DNA from: an uncultured Sphaerobacteraceae bacterium
Lineage (GTDB): Bacteria; Chloroflexota; Chloroflexia; Thermomicrobiales; UBA6265
DNA: 64,000 bases
Direction of reading: 5' to 3'
Assembly: GCA_964461025.1 (NCBI GenBank)
Contig: CAYWSE010000014.1
Location: 1,094 to 65,093, forward strand
Position 1 is the first letter of the stretch. Each line of letters opens with the position of its first letter. The notes beneath the pieces are model-generated. The model was not told where the DNA came from. It ran no database searches and worked only from the letters and a program-made list of their open reading frames with translations. The position numbers were made by a program, and so were the translations under genes. Shown here piece by piece: positions 8,488-17,634 of this stretch.

Positions 8488-9681
8488 GTGCCCGACGATC
8501 AAACCTGTAAACCGCTGCCTCTATCCGGTATTCGCGTGGTCGATCTGACGCGCGTGATGACTGGTCCTTTCTGCACGATGATGCTTGGCGATATGGGCGC
8601 CGATGTCGTCAAGATCGAGATGCCGGGCAAGGGCGATGATACCCGCGCATGGGGGCCTCCCTTCGTGGCGGAGGAGTCGACGTACTTCCTTTCAGTGAAC
8701 CGCAACAAGCGCTCGGTCGTGCTCGATCTGAAAAGCGAAGCCGGCGCTACGGCGCTCTGGAGATTGATCGAAGGAGCAGACGTGCTCGTCGAGAACTTCT
8801 CGCCGGGAACGATCGGCCGGCTCGGCTTCGGCTATGAGGCCGTGAGGAAGCGCAATCCGAAAATCGTCTACGCATCGATTTCCGGTTTCGGACAGACTGG
8901 TCCCGCCGCCAACCGGGCCGCATACGACCTCATCGTCCAGGGCGTCAGCGGTCTGATGAGCGTGACAGGCGACAGCGATGGCTTGCCGGTGAAGGTTGGG
9001 CCGCCGATCGCCGATATCGCGGCGGGGATGTTCGCCGCGTTTGCTATCGCCTCATCTCTCTATGGCCGCGAGCAGTCGGGCGAAGGTCAGTACATCGATG
9101 TGTCGATGCTGGGTGGTCAGGTGTCGATTCTCTCGTATCTGGTCACGATGTACCTGAACACCGGGAAGACTCCCCTTCGCCAGGGGAATTCTCATGCCGT
9201 TGTCACCCCCTACGGGATGTTTCCGACGGCGGATGGGTTCGTGAACATCGCGGTCGGCAACGAAGGACTCTGGCAACGATTCTGTGAAGCGATCGGCATT
9301 CCCGAACTGTTGGAGGATGAGCGATTCTCCTCGAACGCGTTGCGGCACGAGCATATTGAACTACTGAACGAGGCGATCAGACGCGCATTTGCGGAGTTGT
9401 CGACGGCCGAGGTCGTCGCGCGGCTCGATGCCTGCGCCGTGCCGTGCGGGCCGATCTACACCGTGGCGCAGCTCTTCGAGGATCCGCAGCTCGACGGCAT
9501 CGATCTCGCCCAGCAGATGTCGCACCCGAGAGTCGGCGATCTCAAGCTGCCTGGTCTGCCCTATCACCTGGCCGGTCACGACCTCGATGCCCGACTCGCT
9601 CCGCCACTGCTGGGGGAGCACACGAGAGAGGTGCTTGCCGAGATCGGCATGAGGGAGGAAGAGATCGCCGCGCTGATCTGA
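8488..9681 (+). CDS. Family III CoA-transferase (CaiB/BaiF/Frc-like)
   Basis: LSGIRVVDLTRVMTGPFCTMMLGDMGADVVKIE is the typical N-terminus. GAGGA lies about 5 nt before GTG 8488. Confidence 0.85.
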   Translation: MPDDQTCKPLPLSGIRVVDLTRVMTGPFCTMMLGDMGADVVKIEMPGKGDDTRAWGPPFVAEESTYFLSVNRNKRSVVLDLKSEAGATALWRLIEGADVLVENFSPGTIGRLGFGYEAVRKRNPKIVYASISGFGQTGPAANRAAYDLIVQGVSGLMSVTGDSDGLPVKVGPPIADIAAGMFAAFAIASSLYGREQSGEGQYIDVSMLGGQVSILSYLVTMYLNTGKTPLRQGNSHAVVTPYGMFPTADGFVNIAVGNEGLWQRFCEAIGIPELLEDERFSSNALRHEHIELLNEAIRRAFAELSTAEVVARLDACAVPCGPIYTVAQLFEDPQLDGIDLAQQMSHPRVGDLKLPGLPYHLAGHDLDARLAPPLLGEHTREVLAEIGMREEEIAALI

Positions 9682-9737
9682 GAAAGCGCACAGGAACCCG
9701 CCGGGAAGTAATCCAGTGGTTTTGGCGTTGTGGTGAA

Positions 9738-9766
9738 GCGCCATAAATGGCGAGGCTACGCGTGGT
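9738..9766 (+). repeat. 29-nt interspersed repeat GCGCCATAAATGGCGAGGCTACGCGTGGT (copy 1)
   Basis: Near-identical (28/29) reverse-complement copy at 32788-32816. Both lie in convergent intergenic regions. Contains the small hairpin cgcca-taaa-tggcg and is followed here by cttttt. Confidence 0.8.
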
Positions 9767-9799
9767 CTTTTTGCGCACAGCCTGGCACCGGGAATGTGG

Positions 9800-10933
9800 T
9801 TAGCCGAAGCGTTCGACTGAGAATGGTTCCAGATCGACTTCGGGCGTTTCGCCGGCGATGAGCTGCGCGACCGCGAGGCCTGAATAGGGGCCGAGCGTCA
9901 GACCGGACGGTCCGTGACCGGTGCAAAGATAGAGGTTGTCGAGACCGGAAACTGGGCCAAGAATCGGCAATTGATCGCGCGAGAAGGGCCGCAAACCGAT
10001 CCGCCACTCGACGATCGTGCCATTCGCCAGGCCCGGCGCAACGCGCAATGCCTCTCCGAGCACCTCATGTTGACCTCCGGCGGTCAATCGCAGCTCATAT
10101 CCGGAGTCTTGCTCTCGAGTCGCGCCGCAGACGACCCGGTTCGGTCCGAAGGTCAGGATGTAGTGGGTATGAAAACCCTCGACGATCGGCCATGAAAGCG
10201 TCTCGGCATTTGGCATGGTCAGATGGAGGACCTGACCTCGTTGCGGATAGACGGGAATAGTGACGCCGATCTGCTCGCCCAGCGCGTTCGACCAGGCCCC
10301 GGCAGCGATGACCACCGTTTCGGCGAGGAGCGTGTCTCCATCGATGGTGGCATGCACGGTTGAACCGTGCCTGGACAACTTCACATTGCCATCGACGTAT
10401 TGCACGTCAATCTGGATTGCGGCTTGTACGAGCGCCCTGCGCAGGAGACGACCGTCGAGGCGCGCCGCGCCGGACAGGTGGATGGCGCCCGGAACATCGG
10501 CCAGTGGCGGAAAGAGATCCTTCGCCTCGGCGCCTGTCAGCATCGAGAGATCGCCGACATTGCCCAGCCCTTCGGCTTTGCGGCGTTCGATGACGCGCAG
10601 GACATCGGTTAGCGCTTCCGCCTCGGCATCGTCTGTCGCTACGAAGAGCGCGCCGACGGTGCGGTAGCCAGTCTCTCCGGCTTCCGCTGCTTCGAGGGTC
10701 TGCAGGAGCCGCGGATAGTGACGCATCGCCGCCGAGGCGAGGGGAGCGGTCGCGGGCAGCGAACGCACACTGGCGCCCGGCGCGATGATTCCCGCGCCCG
10801 CCTGGGTGGCAAATCCGACTTCGGGGCGATCGGCGACGACCGCGCTGACGCCGAGCTGCGCCAGCGCAAACGCCGTGCTCCATCCCAGCAGTCCACCGCC
10901 GATAATGAGGACGTCAGCGCTTCGGGTAGCCAT
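9800..10933 (-). CDS. FAD-dependent oxidoreductase, DAO family (glycine/D-amino-acid oxidase-like)
   Basis: Start ATG 10933 gives MATRSADVLIIGGGLLGWSTAFALAQLG (GxGxxG dinucleotide fold). Length and C-terminal region fit the DAO family. Confidence 0.8.
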   Translation of the reverse strand: MATRSADVLIIGGGLLGWSTAFALAQLGVSAVVADRPEVGFATQAGAGIIAPGASVRSLPATAPLASAAMRHYPRLLQTLEAAEAGETGYRTVGALFVATDDAEAEALTDVLRVIERRKAEGLGNVGDLSMLTGAEAKDLFPPLADVPGAIHLSGAARLDGRLLRRALVQAAIQIDVQYVDGNVKLSRHGSTVHATIDGDTLLAETVVIAAGAWSNALGEQIGVTIPVYPQRGQVLHLTMPNAETLSWPIVEGFHTHYILTFGPNRVVCGATREQDSGYELRLTAGGQHEVLGEALRVAPGLANGTIVEWRIGLRPFSRDQLPILGPVSGLDNLYLCTGHGPSGLTLGPYSGLAVAQLIAGETPEVDLEPFSVERFG

Positions 10934-10955
10934 GGACGGACTCCTGATCTGAGAG

Positions 10956-11762
10956 CTATCCGGTGGGACGCTCACCGCGCATGTTCAGCCGCCAGTAATC
11001 GAGCAGGAAAGGTGGATCATCGGCGGACGCCAGATCGGTCAGCTCATCGAGAAAGGCGTCTCTCCCGTTCTCGGATGCAATCTGCTCGATGTGCTCCCGG
11101 AATACGATATTGGCCATGAAGGTTCGGAACTCCGCCGCATCGCCAAGCACGACCGGCGCTTCGACGAGTACGGTTTCGACGTCGATATAGCCCGCGCTGC
11201 GCATTCGCTCACTGGTGCCTTCCAGATCGGCATAGAACTTTGGAACGTCCCAGCCATCGAACCACTGGCTGAACGAGTCACGCGCCATCATTGTTTCGGC
11301 CCTCTCGACATGCCGCCGGAGATTCGGTCCGCCCCCGCATTGGGCGACGAGCCGTCCGCCGGGTCTGGTGATCGCGAATAGATTGCGAAAAAGGGTGTCG
11401 TGGTCGCGAATCCAGTGAAATGTCGCGGTGCTGAACACGACGTCGACCGGTTCGCCGACATCTTCCGGAGACAGTTCGAGCAAATCTCGCTGCAGAAAGG
11501 TGATCTTTCCGGGGAAGCGTGATTCTAGGTGCGCTCTCGCTTCGTCGATCATGTTCTGCGACCGGTCGATGGCGACAACGCTGCCATGCGGCAACAGCTC
11601 GAGCAGCTGCTCGGTCACGCGGCCCGTGCCACAGCCGACATCGGCGACTCGCTCGTCGCCTCGCAGCGCGGCCGCGGCTACGACTCCAGTGCCCCAGGAG
11701 ACATGAGGATTCGAGGCCTTGTGATAGACCTGTGCGTTCCATTCCGGTGTATTCGAAGACAT
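10956..11762 (-). CDS. Class I SAM-dependent methyltransferase (trans-aconitate methyltransferase-like)
   Basis: ADVGCGTGRVTEQLL (motif I) and VVAIDRSQNMIDEA. Tightly packed with flanking minus-strand genes (11-22 nt gaps). Confidence 0.75.
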   Translation of the reverse strand: MSSNTPEWNAQVYHKASNPHVSWGTGVVAAAALRGDERVADVGCGTGRVTEQLLELLPHGSVVAIDRSQNMIDEARAHLESRFPGKITFLQRDLLELSPEDVGEPVDVVFSTATFHWIRDHDTLFRNLFAITRPGGRLVAQCGGGPNLRRHVERAETMMARDSFSQWFDGWDVPKFYADLEGTSERMRSAGYIDVETVLVEAPVVLGDAAEFRTFMANIVFREHIEQIASENGRDAFLDELTDLASADDPPFLLDYWRLNMRGERPTG

Positions 11763-11773
11763 CTTGACCCAGA

Positions 11774-12568
11774 TTATTCCACGGGCGGCAGTGTCGTCGC
11801 CATGCTTTCCGCGCTCGCTGGAAGAGTTGCCGGCGCAACATCCACTTCCGGAGGCAGAGTCGCATCTGTAGCCGCCACGGTCGCATCTGCGGCCGGGGGC
11901 ATTGTACCTGTGCCAGTCAGATCAACAGGCGCTAACTCCGCGGATTCTATTGCGGGAGCAAGCAGCGCTGCGGCTTCCTGATCCTTCTTCAGAAAATACG
12001 AATAGATCAGCAGTGCCGCACCGCCGATCAAGGCAGCGACACCAAGATATTCGACAGCATCATTGGACTCGACCGATTCGGACTTGTTATACACGAGCAC
12101 GGCCCCGATCAGCAGAAAGAGAGCATTCGAGAGCACGGCTGGCCAGGCGAACTGACCACCCAGAGCCGCAGCTACGACGCCGACCAGTCCGACAATCGCA
12201 TATGCAATCATCCCGAAACCGAGCAGGTACCGAGCGTTTTCCTCCGTCATGTACTCGGAACGCGAGGCCACGAAGTAGTTCACGCCAAGAGCGATGCCCG
12301 CGCCGCCGCGCACCAGCTGGTACGGAGCCATGGCCTGGAGATTTTCCGGGAACTTGACGCCGTTGAAACCGGTGCGGATATCGATGACGCTGCTGACGAT
12401 CAAGATGGCAGCGAGCAGAAACCGGATTGTGGAATTGGCCGAATCTGGCGCGAGCAAAAAGTAGAGCCCGACGAGCAGTGCCAGTACTCCCTGGACCGAT
12501 ACGGCCCACCACGAGATCCCTCTTCTCCAGGGCTTGTATTCGTCCGCGAGGGACTTCACGTAATCCAT
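11774..12568 (-). CDS. HdeD/DUF308-like integral membrane protein
   Basis: Start ATG 12568 (MDYVKSLADEYKPWRRGISWWAVSVQGVLALLVGLYFLLAP). Several repeated helix pairs and an Ala/Pro/Thr-rich C-terminal tail. Confidence 0.6.
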   Translation of the reverse strand: MDYVKSLADEYKPWRRGISWWAVSVQGVLALLVGLYFLLAPDSANSTIRFLLAAILIVSSVIDIRTGFNGVKFPENLQAMAPYQLVRGGAGIALGVNYFVASRSEYMTEENARYLLGFGMIAYAIVGLVGVVAAALGGQFAWPAVLSNALFLLIGAVLVYNKSESVESNDAVEYLGVAALIGGAALLIYSYFLKKDQEAAALLAPAIESAELAPVDLTGTGTMPPAADATVAATDATLPPEVDVAPATLPASAESMATTLPPVE

Positions 12569-12703
12569 GGCTCGCCTCCCGCACGTGGCAAACAGACTGC
12601 CCGGTCTACCGGCAGCACGCCGTCGGCCATCACCAACGCCATCGCGGACCACTGCCGCGCAATGATGCCAGTATCCCATGCTTTTTCGGCAGAAGGGAGT
12701 CGC

Positions 12704-14356
12704 CTATTGGTGTAATCCCGGGACCGCAGTGAGAGCGCTCCATTGCGGTCCCGGTTCCTTCGCATTCCATTCGAAGGCGATCTCGATCCACGCCATCGAT
12801 TCAGTGGAATCCTCGAGTGCGACCAGAAGCGACGGATCCGCAGGATTCGCCGGACTCGCCAGAAGCGCATTGCCATTCGGTGACCATGTGAGGAATCCAC
12901 TGAGCGTCCAACGCGACTCGACGACCGCAATCTCGATTCCTTCGAGAGAGCGAAGGACGACAACACCGTCGTTCGCGACGACGCCATACGCGCGTCCATC
13001 GAACGACCAGACAGGTGGTCCAGTTACTTCGGTGCGTTCCGTCAAACGGGTCATCGTACCCATGTCCAGATCGATGAGATTGATGGACGTTTCGAACCCC
13101 TCGAACCAAACGGTTCCGCCCTGCTTCTGCCACGTTAGCAACTGATTTGCCCCTGGAGACCATGACACGGAAGCGACGAACGGCAACGCGCCGACCGTCA
13201 GATTCTCAAGTGTTCCCGTGCGGAGATCGATTCGATAGACATCGGCAACGAGGGTGGCGTCGCCGGCGCCTGATGCGGAGCTGGCGATAAATGCGAGCTG
13301 ATCGGCTTCCGGTGACCAGGACGGACTCGTGATCTGCGTCAAACCGGCCATGTCCGGCGCGATCGCATAGAGCGATTGGAGACTGGCCGACTCCAGATCA
13401 TAGAGAAGAAGCCCGGGAGGAGCGCTGCTGGAGAAGGCAAGCTGGTGCGTCTCAGCATCCCAGACAGGCAATGATCTCGTCGAGGCTGTATCTGAAATGA
13501 GTGTTACCTCGCCTGTCTTCACGTTCAGGAGAAAGAGTGAACCGACCAGCGAACGTCCAGATGCGGCATCGAGAAAGGTGATGAAACGCCGATCCGGACT
13601 CCAGAGCGGACGCGTGGCCGGTGAGTCGTCGTAGAGAAGCTGCTCGTCCTGTCCATTCGGGCCAATCTGATACAGCCTGCCGGCTCGTTCGAAGAGGATT
13701 GGCGCGTGTTGATTGCGAAGCGCCTTGAGCTCCGCGCGGTACTCAGCGTTGGCGGGATCGAGTCTGATCAGGTCTTGCAGGAGATACTCCGCGCTCATCC
13801 AGTCGGCATGAATCAACGCGACATCGACCTGTCGTTCCAGGGAGCGCAATTGACCTGCTCGAGCAGCATCGAGCAGCGTTGCCGCCTGTTCGAAAGTGGG
13901 CATTGTCTGAGCGATCGGCTCGAGGAGGGAGACGGCAAGATCGTAATCCTCGCGGTCGATCGCGGAAAGCGCATCGAGCCATGCGGCTCGAACCGGAGCA
14001 AGTTGCTGCTGGGCCTGAGTCCGTAGTTCGGCGGCATCGCGATAGCCGCCCGCGGCCGTGAAGTAGGTGATCGCTTCGCTGTAGTTACCCGCATCCAGGG
14101 CGATTTTGGCCCGGGAGTACGCTTCCATTTCGCTGCGCCGGTTGTCGACGACATTCCAGCTGAACCATGCCGCGACAATAAGGACGAGGGCAAACGGTGC
14201 GACGAACATGCTCGTTTTAGTTGGTTGACGCGGAGAGGAAGCCTCACTCACCGCTGGTGGCATGCATGGCGCCGGTTCGGTTGCGACGAATTCGCCACAC
14301 TGCGCGCAATGGTCGGTATGGGAAGCAATCAAGGCGGCGCAGTGAGTGCAGAACAT
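12704..14356 (-). CDS. Zinc-ribbon / TM / TPR-like / TolB-type beta-propeller protein
   Basis: Start ATG 14356 gives MFCTHCAALIASHTDHCAQCGEF (CxxC...CxxC). The TM helix is MFVAPFALVLIVAAWFSW, followed by a helical repeat region. WSPD-type blades follow (WSPDRRFITF, WSPEADQLAF, WSPGANQLL, WSPNGNALLA). Confidence 0.75.
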   Translation of the reverse strand: MFCTHCAALIASHTDHCAQCGEFVATEPAPCMPPAVSEASSPRQPTKTSMFVAPFALVLIVAAWFSWNVVDNRRSEMEAYSRAKIALDAGNYSEAITYFTAAGGYRDAAELRTQAQQQLAPVRAAWLDALSAIDREDYDLAVSLLEPIAQTMPTFEQAATLLDAARAGQLRSLERQVDVALIHADWMSAEYLLQDLIRLDPANAEYRAELKALRNQHAPILFERAGRLYQIGPNGQDEQLLYDDSPATRPLWSPDRRFITFLDAASGRSLVGSLFLLNVKTGEVTLISDTASTRSLPVWDAETHQLAFSSSAPPGLLLYDLESASLQSLYAIAPDMAGLTQITSPSWSPEADQLAFIASSASGAGDATLVADVYRIDLRTGTLENLTVGALPFVASVSWSPGANQLLTWQKQGGTVWFEGFETSINLIDLDMGTMTRLTERTEVTGPPVWSFDGRAYGVVANDGVVVLRSLEGIEIAVVESRWTLSGFLTWSPNGNALLASPANPADPSLLVALEDSTESMAWIEIAFEWNAKEPGPQWSALTAVPGLHQ

Positions 14357-14426
14357 GAGCAAGTCTCGCCGGATCGGGTGATTCCGTATCCTACCACGCG
14401 GATGAGGCGTCATTGACGGAGCAACG

Positions 14427-14714
14427 ATGCTGGGACGATACCGGAACGGGATACCGGAGGAAGAGCGACGACGTCTGATCGGCTGTGGGTTCAGCCTGGC
14501 AATATTGGCGGCGCCGTTTCTGGCGCTGCTGGTCAGCGCGACGGTAGGACTGGTTGTTCTGGCACTGGCGCTGGCGACTTCGGCGTGGTTTGCGTTCGAG
14601 GCGGCGAAAGAGGCAGATCCGGCAACAGGCAAGAGGCTCCGCCTGCTGGCCGGAATCAATACGCTCTTACTCGCAGCGACGGCGGCTGCGTTGATCTGGA
14701 TCGCGCTGACCTGA
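14427..14714 (+). CDS. Small hypothetical membrane protein
   Basis: 95-aa ORF divergent from 14356, with two to three hydrophobic helices (FSLAILAAPFLALLVSATVGLVVLALALATSAWF; INTLLLAATAAALIWIAL). Confidence 0.4.
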   Translation: MLGRYRNGIPEEERRRLIGCGFSLAILAAPFLALLVSATVGLVVLALALATSAWFAFEAAKEADPATGKRLRLLAGINTLLLAATAAALIWIALT

Positions 14715-14923
14715 TTGTGGGGGACGGGAACTTCGCGACGACTCGGACGTATATGATTCAGATGAACAAGAGTGCAGCGCCCGCTTGGGCCCTTGTGCGA
14801 ACTGGAGCTGTGTTCCGGTTTGCACGCCGAAGGTAATGTGCGAAGCCTGCAACGGGACAGGTCGCAAAGTCGGCAAAGGGGAGCGCACTATGTTCGTCGA
14901 AGTCGAATCCTTGCCCCACCGTC

Positions 14924-15325
14924 TCACTGCCAGCGGCCGCGAGCCGTTCTGCTTTCAGGCGCTTCGATGGACCATGGATCACCAGCACGGCGAGAGCCCC
15001 TCACCTGTCGAAGCCCGCACCCAGCGGGTCGTTGCGCCAGGAGCTGCCGGTATTCGTAGGGCAAGACAGCACGCTCAATCTTCCCCTGGGATGAACAACT
15101 GGGATGGGTTCTCGCGAATTCCTTGACGGCCGATTCGAACAGGCTCTTCCTGTCGTGGTTCCAGGACATGCTTTCAACTGGCGCAACAATTCTGAGGCAT
15201 GTCCTTCCGCCTACCTTCACTTCTGCGACGAGCGGATCCCCAGGCATGCCGCCGAACGCCATCAGCGCCACTGATCCGATTCCAGCTATGTTCGAGATCG
15301 TTCGACAGTCGGTGTTGGGCATCAA
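14924..15325 (-). pseudogene. Possible decayed DDE (rve-type, Mu/Tn552-like) transposase catalytic-domain remnant
   Basis: WNHDRKSLFESAVKEFARTHPSCSSQGKIERAVLPYEYRQLLAQRPAG resembles the TDNGKEF...P..PQ.KGKIERFF.T....L..LPG segment of rve integrases, but catalytic residues are not conserved. No intact N-terminus. Confidence 0.3.
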
Positions 15326-15643
15326 CTCTCCGTGTGCTTATCATGCCGCTGCTCGTGATTTATGTTTATCGAGTATAGTGAGAGTGGCTTTCACGCCAAA
15401 TGGTTGCTTTCACGGCGACGCCCGTTGCCTCCTGTGGACGACCTCTTCGAGTCAGGACACCTAAATGAGTATTGATTGGTGGCAGACCCGCGACGCCAGC
15501 TCCGGCGAATATCGCGACGTCACGGATATGGATATCGCACACCTGCGGAATCGCGCCAGAGAGCGAGCGAGTACAGCGACCCGGCTGCGGATGTCGATTG
15601 CACCGGGCCTCGATCGTCAGCATGTGTTTGCCGAAGCGTTTAG

Positions 15644-15953
15644 GAGCGCCATGGCCGTAGAGATCGCGTTGCTGAAGGCGTAGTAGCCGAGTGTCATCAG
15701 GCCGAGGGCGGCAGTGAGTTCATGGCCGAGTTCGAGCACGCCTGTGCCGCCAACGACATTCCGGTCTTTGTCCTGCCCCCCTTGCTCTCCCAAACTGAAT
15801 GGCCGGGTGGAGCGCTTCAACCGCACCAGCCGCGAAGAGTTCTGGCAGTGCTACGACGGCGACTTTGACCTCGCCGAACTGACGTCAGCCTTGCGGACCC
15901 CACGCGAATACCTCGCCGAACTCACACGCGGCTCCCTGTCTCACATGTTGTGA
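15644..15953 (+). pseudogene. Truncated, frameshifted IS481-like (rve) transposase C-terminal fragment
   Basis: Frame A reads GGSEFMAEFEHACAANDIPVFVLPP. After the C-run at 15776-15781 the homology continues in the +1 frame as PPCSPKLNGRVERFNRTSREEFW, the classic LPPRSPKLNG.VER.NRT..EEF motif. N-terminal two-thirds absent and the C-terminal end shortened. Confidence 0.65.
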
Positions 15954-16207
15954 TTCCATACAGGGTATTGCATCTCCGGGGAATTCGTAATATATTGATA
16001 GAGAACTGGACTTTAGAGCCAGTCCGGTCCGGCCTCCTCCGGATCGTCCAACTTCGACAACGAAGTTGAAGGATCGGGTAGCGCCCTCTCCCCGGTCACT
16101 GCAGGACGCCGCGCAAGCGGCGTTCTGCTTTTCCCGCACCTTTCGTCGCGATAACTCGAGACACCGTAGACTCCAGCATCGGAATCACCGAACCGGAGCA
16201 CGTTCCC

Positions 16208-16939
16208 GTGAAACTCATTCCAGACAACACCTTCCCTGCGCTGACCGCAAAGCAGATGGCCGCGGTCGACCGCGCGATGTTCCATGTCTGCGCACTCGAC
16301 GTTTTGCAGGTGATGGAAGTTGCTGGAAGAGCTGTCGCAAGCTGGATTCGCGGCGATCTGTTTGGCGGCGATGTTGCCAGCCGGCAGATCGTGGTGCTGT
16401 GTGGATCCGGAGGCAATGGAGGCGACGGGTATGTCGCTGCCCGATATCTGGTGAACTGGGGCGCTCATGTGACGCTCGTCGCCTCATCTCTTCCTGCGCC
16501 GGATAGCGCGACGGAGCATCAGTGGCGTGTGCTCCAGAATCTGGGCATGTCGCTTGCCACTTCACCGAGCCTGGAAAACACGAACACCGACGTCATCGTC
16601 GACGCCATGCTCGGTTTCAGCAGCGTGGGTGCGCCACGTGGAGAGGCGGCGTCGCTGATCGAATGGGCCAACCGACACCCGGCTTCAGTCGTGGCGATCG
16701 ATCTGCCCTCAGGACTCGATGCCACAACAGGAGAGATCCACGCGCCATGTATTGCCGCGTACGCCACGGTCACGCTGGGGTTGCCGAAAACTGGATTGAC
16801 ACAACCGCCGGCACGCACGAAAACTGGTCGGCTCATCGTCGCCGACATCGGTATTCCCGACCGGGCATTCCAGGCTGCCGGCGTCGATCCCCCCGCATTT
16901 CACTGGACAGCGGATTTCGCCGAGCTGAATGGCGTTTAG
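16208..16939 (+). CDS. nnrE: NAD(P)H-hydrate epimerase (YjeF N-terminal domain only)
   Basis: VVLCGSGGNGGDGYVAARYL and AIDLPSGLDATTGE motifs. No C-terminal dehydratase domain. Its stop overlaps the stop of the convergent gene (TTAG at 16936-16939). Confidence 0.8.
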   Translation: MKLIPDNTFPALTAKQMAAVDRAMFHVCALDVLQVMEVAGRAVASWIRGDLFGGDVASRQIVVLCGSGGNGGDGYVAARYLVNWGAHVTLVASSLPAPDSATEHQWRVLQNLGMSLATSPSLENTNTDVIVDAMLGFSSVGAPRGEAASLIEWANRHPASVVAIDLPSGLDATTGEIHAPCIAAYATVTLGLPKTGLTQPPARTKTGRLIVADIGIPDRAFQAAGVDPPAFHWTADFAELNGV

Positions 16940-17544
16940 CGGAGCGGCGCCCGGTAACCCGCCGCGGCGGCATCCTCGGCCGACGCGAAGCAGACATCCG
17001 GAATCGTCGTGTCGTAGTTGCGGCTTTCATGCGTGTGGTAGATCAGTGAGCTCGCTTTGGCCTTGACCGGGAAACCGGGCGGGCAGCGTTCGGTGCCGTC
17101 GCCGCGAACCCAGTTGGCGGAGCCGGGCGACTCGATTTCGAGTTCGATTGTGGCGACGCCATCGCTGTCGATCGAGATCGTTTCGGCAACGACGACGTCT
17201 TCGGGGTCGAGCTCGAGGGCGATCACTTCGTCGGCGAGAGCTTCGGCTTCAGCCATTTCGGCGACGATCTCGTCAAGGAATTCCTCGACCACGGCATCCT
17301 CTTCGGCTGACGCGAACGCGCGGGCTGATTCGTCGGGCGTGCTGGCAACGGGGGGCGCCCAACCCGACCGGGCAGGGGGCACCGACGGTGCTTTCAGCGG
17401 TTGAACCGGTGGCTTGAGGGTGCGATAGACGGTGTAACCAATACCGGACCAGATGCCGAGCCGCAGCAACCAGCGGGTCGTAAAGCCGAAAGGCAGCCAA
17501 CGCAGGAAGAGAAGCCCGGGAACGAACTTCAGTAGTCGCATCAT
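16936..17544 (-). CDS. Membrane-anchored protein with acidic linker and conserved C-terminal YH...CF...AGYR module
   Basis: N-terminal TM helices (LKFVPGLLFLRWLPFGF, LGIWSGIGYTVY). Asp/Glu-rich linker. C-terminus VKAKASSLIYHTHESRNYDTTIPDVCFASAEDAAAAGYRAP resembles a widespread small C-terminal domain of unknown function. Confidence 0.55.
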   Translation of the reverse strand: MMRLLKFVPGLLFLRWLPFGFTTRWLLRLGIWSGIGYTVYRTLKPPVQPLKAPSVPPARSGWAPPVASTPDESARAFASAEEDAVVEEFLDEIVAEMAEAEALADEVIALELDPEDVVVAETISIDSDGVATIELEIESPGSANWVRGDGTERCPPGFPVKAKASSLIYHTHESRNYDTTIPDVCFASAEDAAAAGYRAPLR

Positions 17545-17634
17545 GTCTCACCTCCCAGCGGCTGTTGGGCGCAACAATGCATCCGTCCTGATGCTAGCAC
17601 ACAGAACGAGTAGCACCGACTGAGTCCGGGCAGA

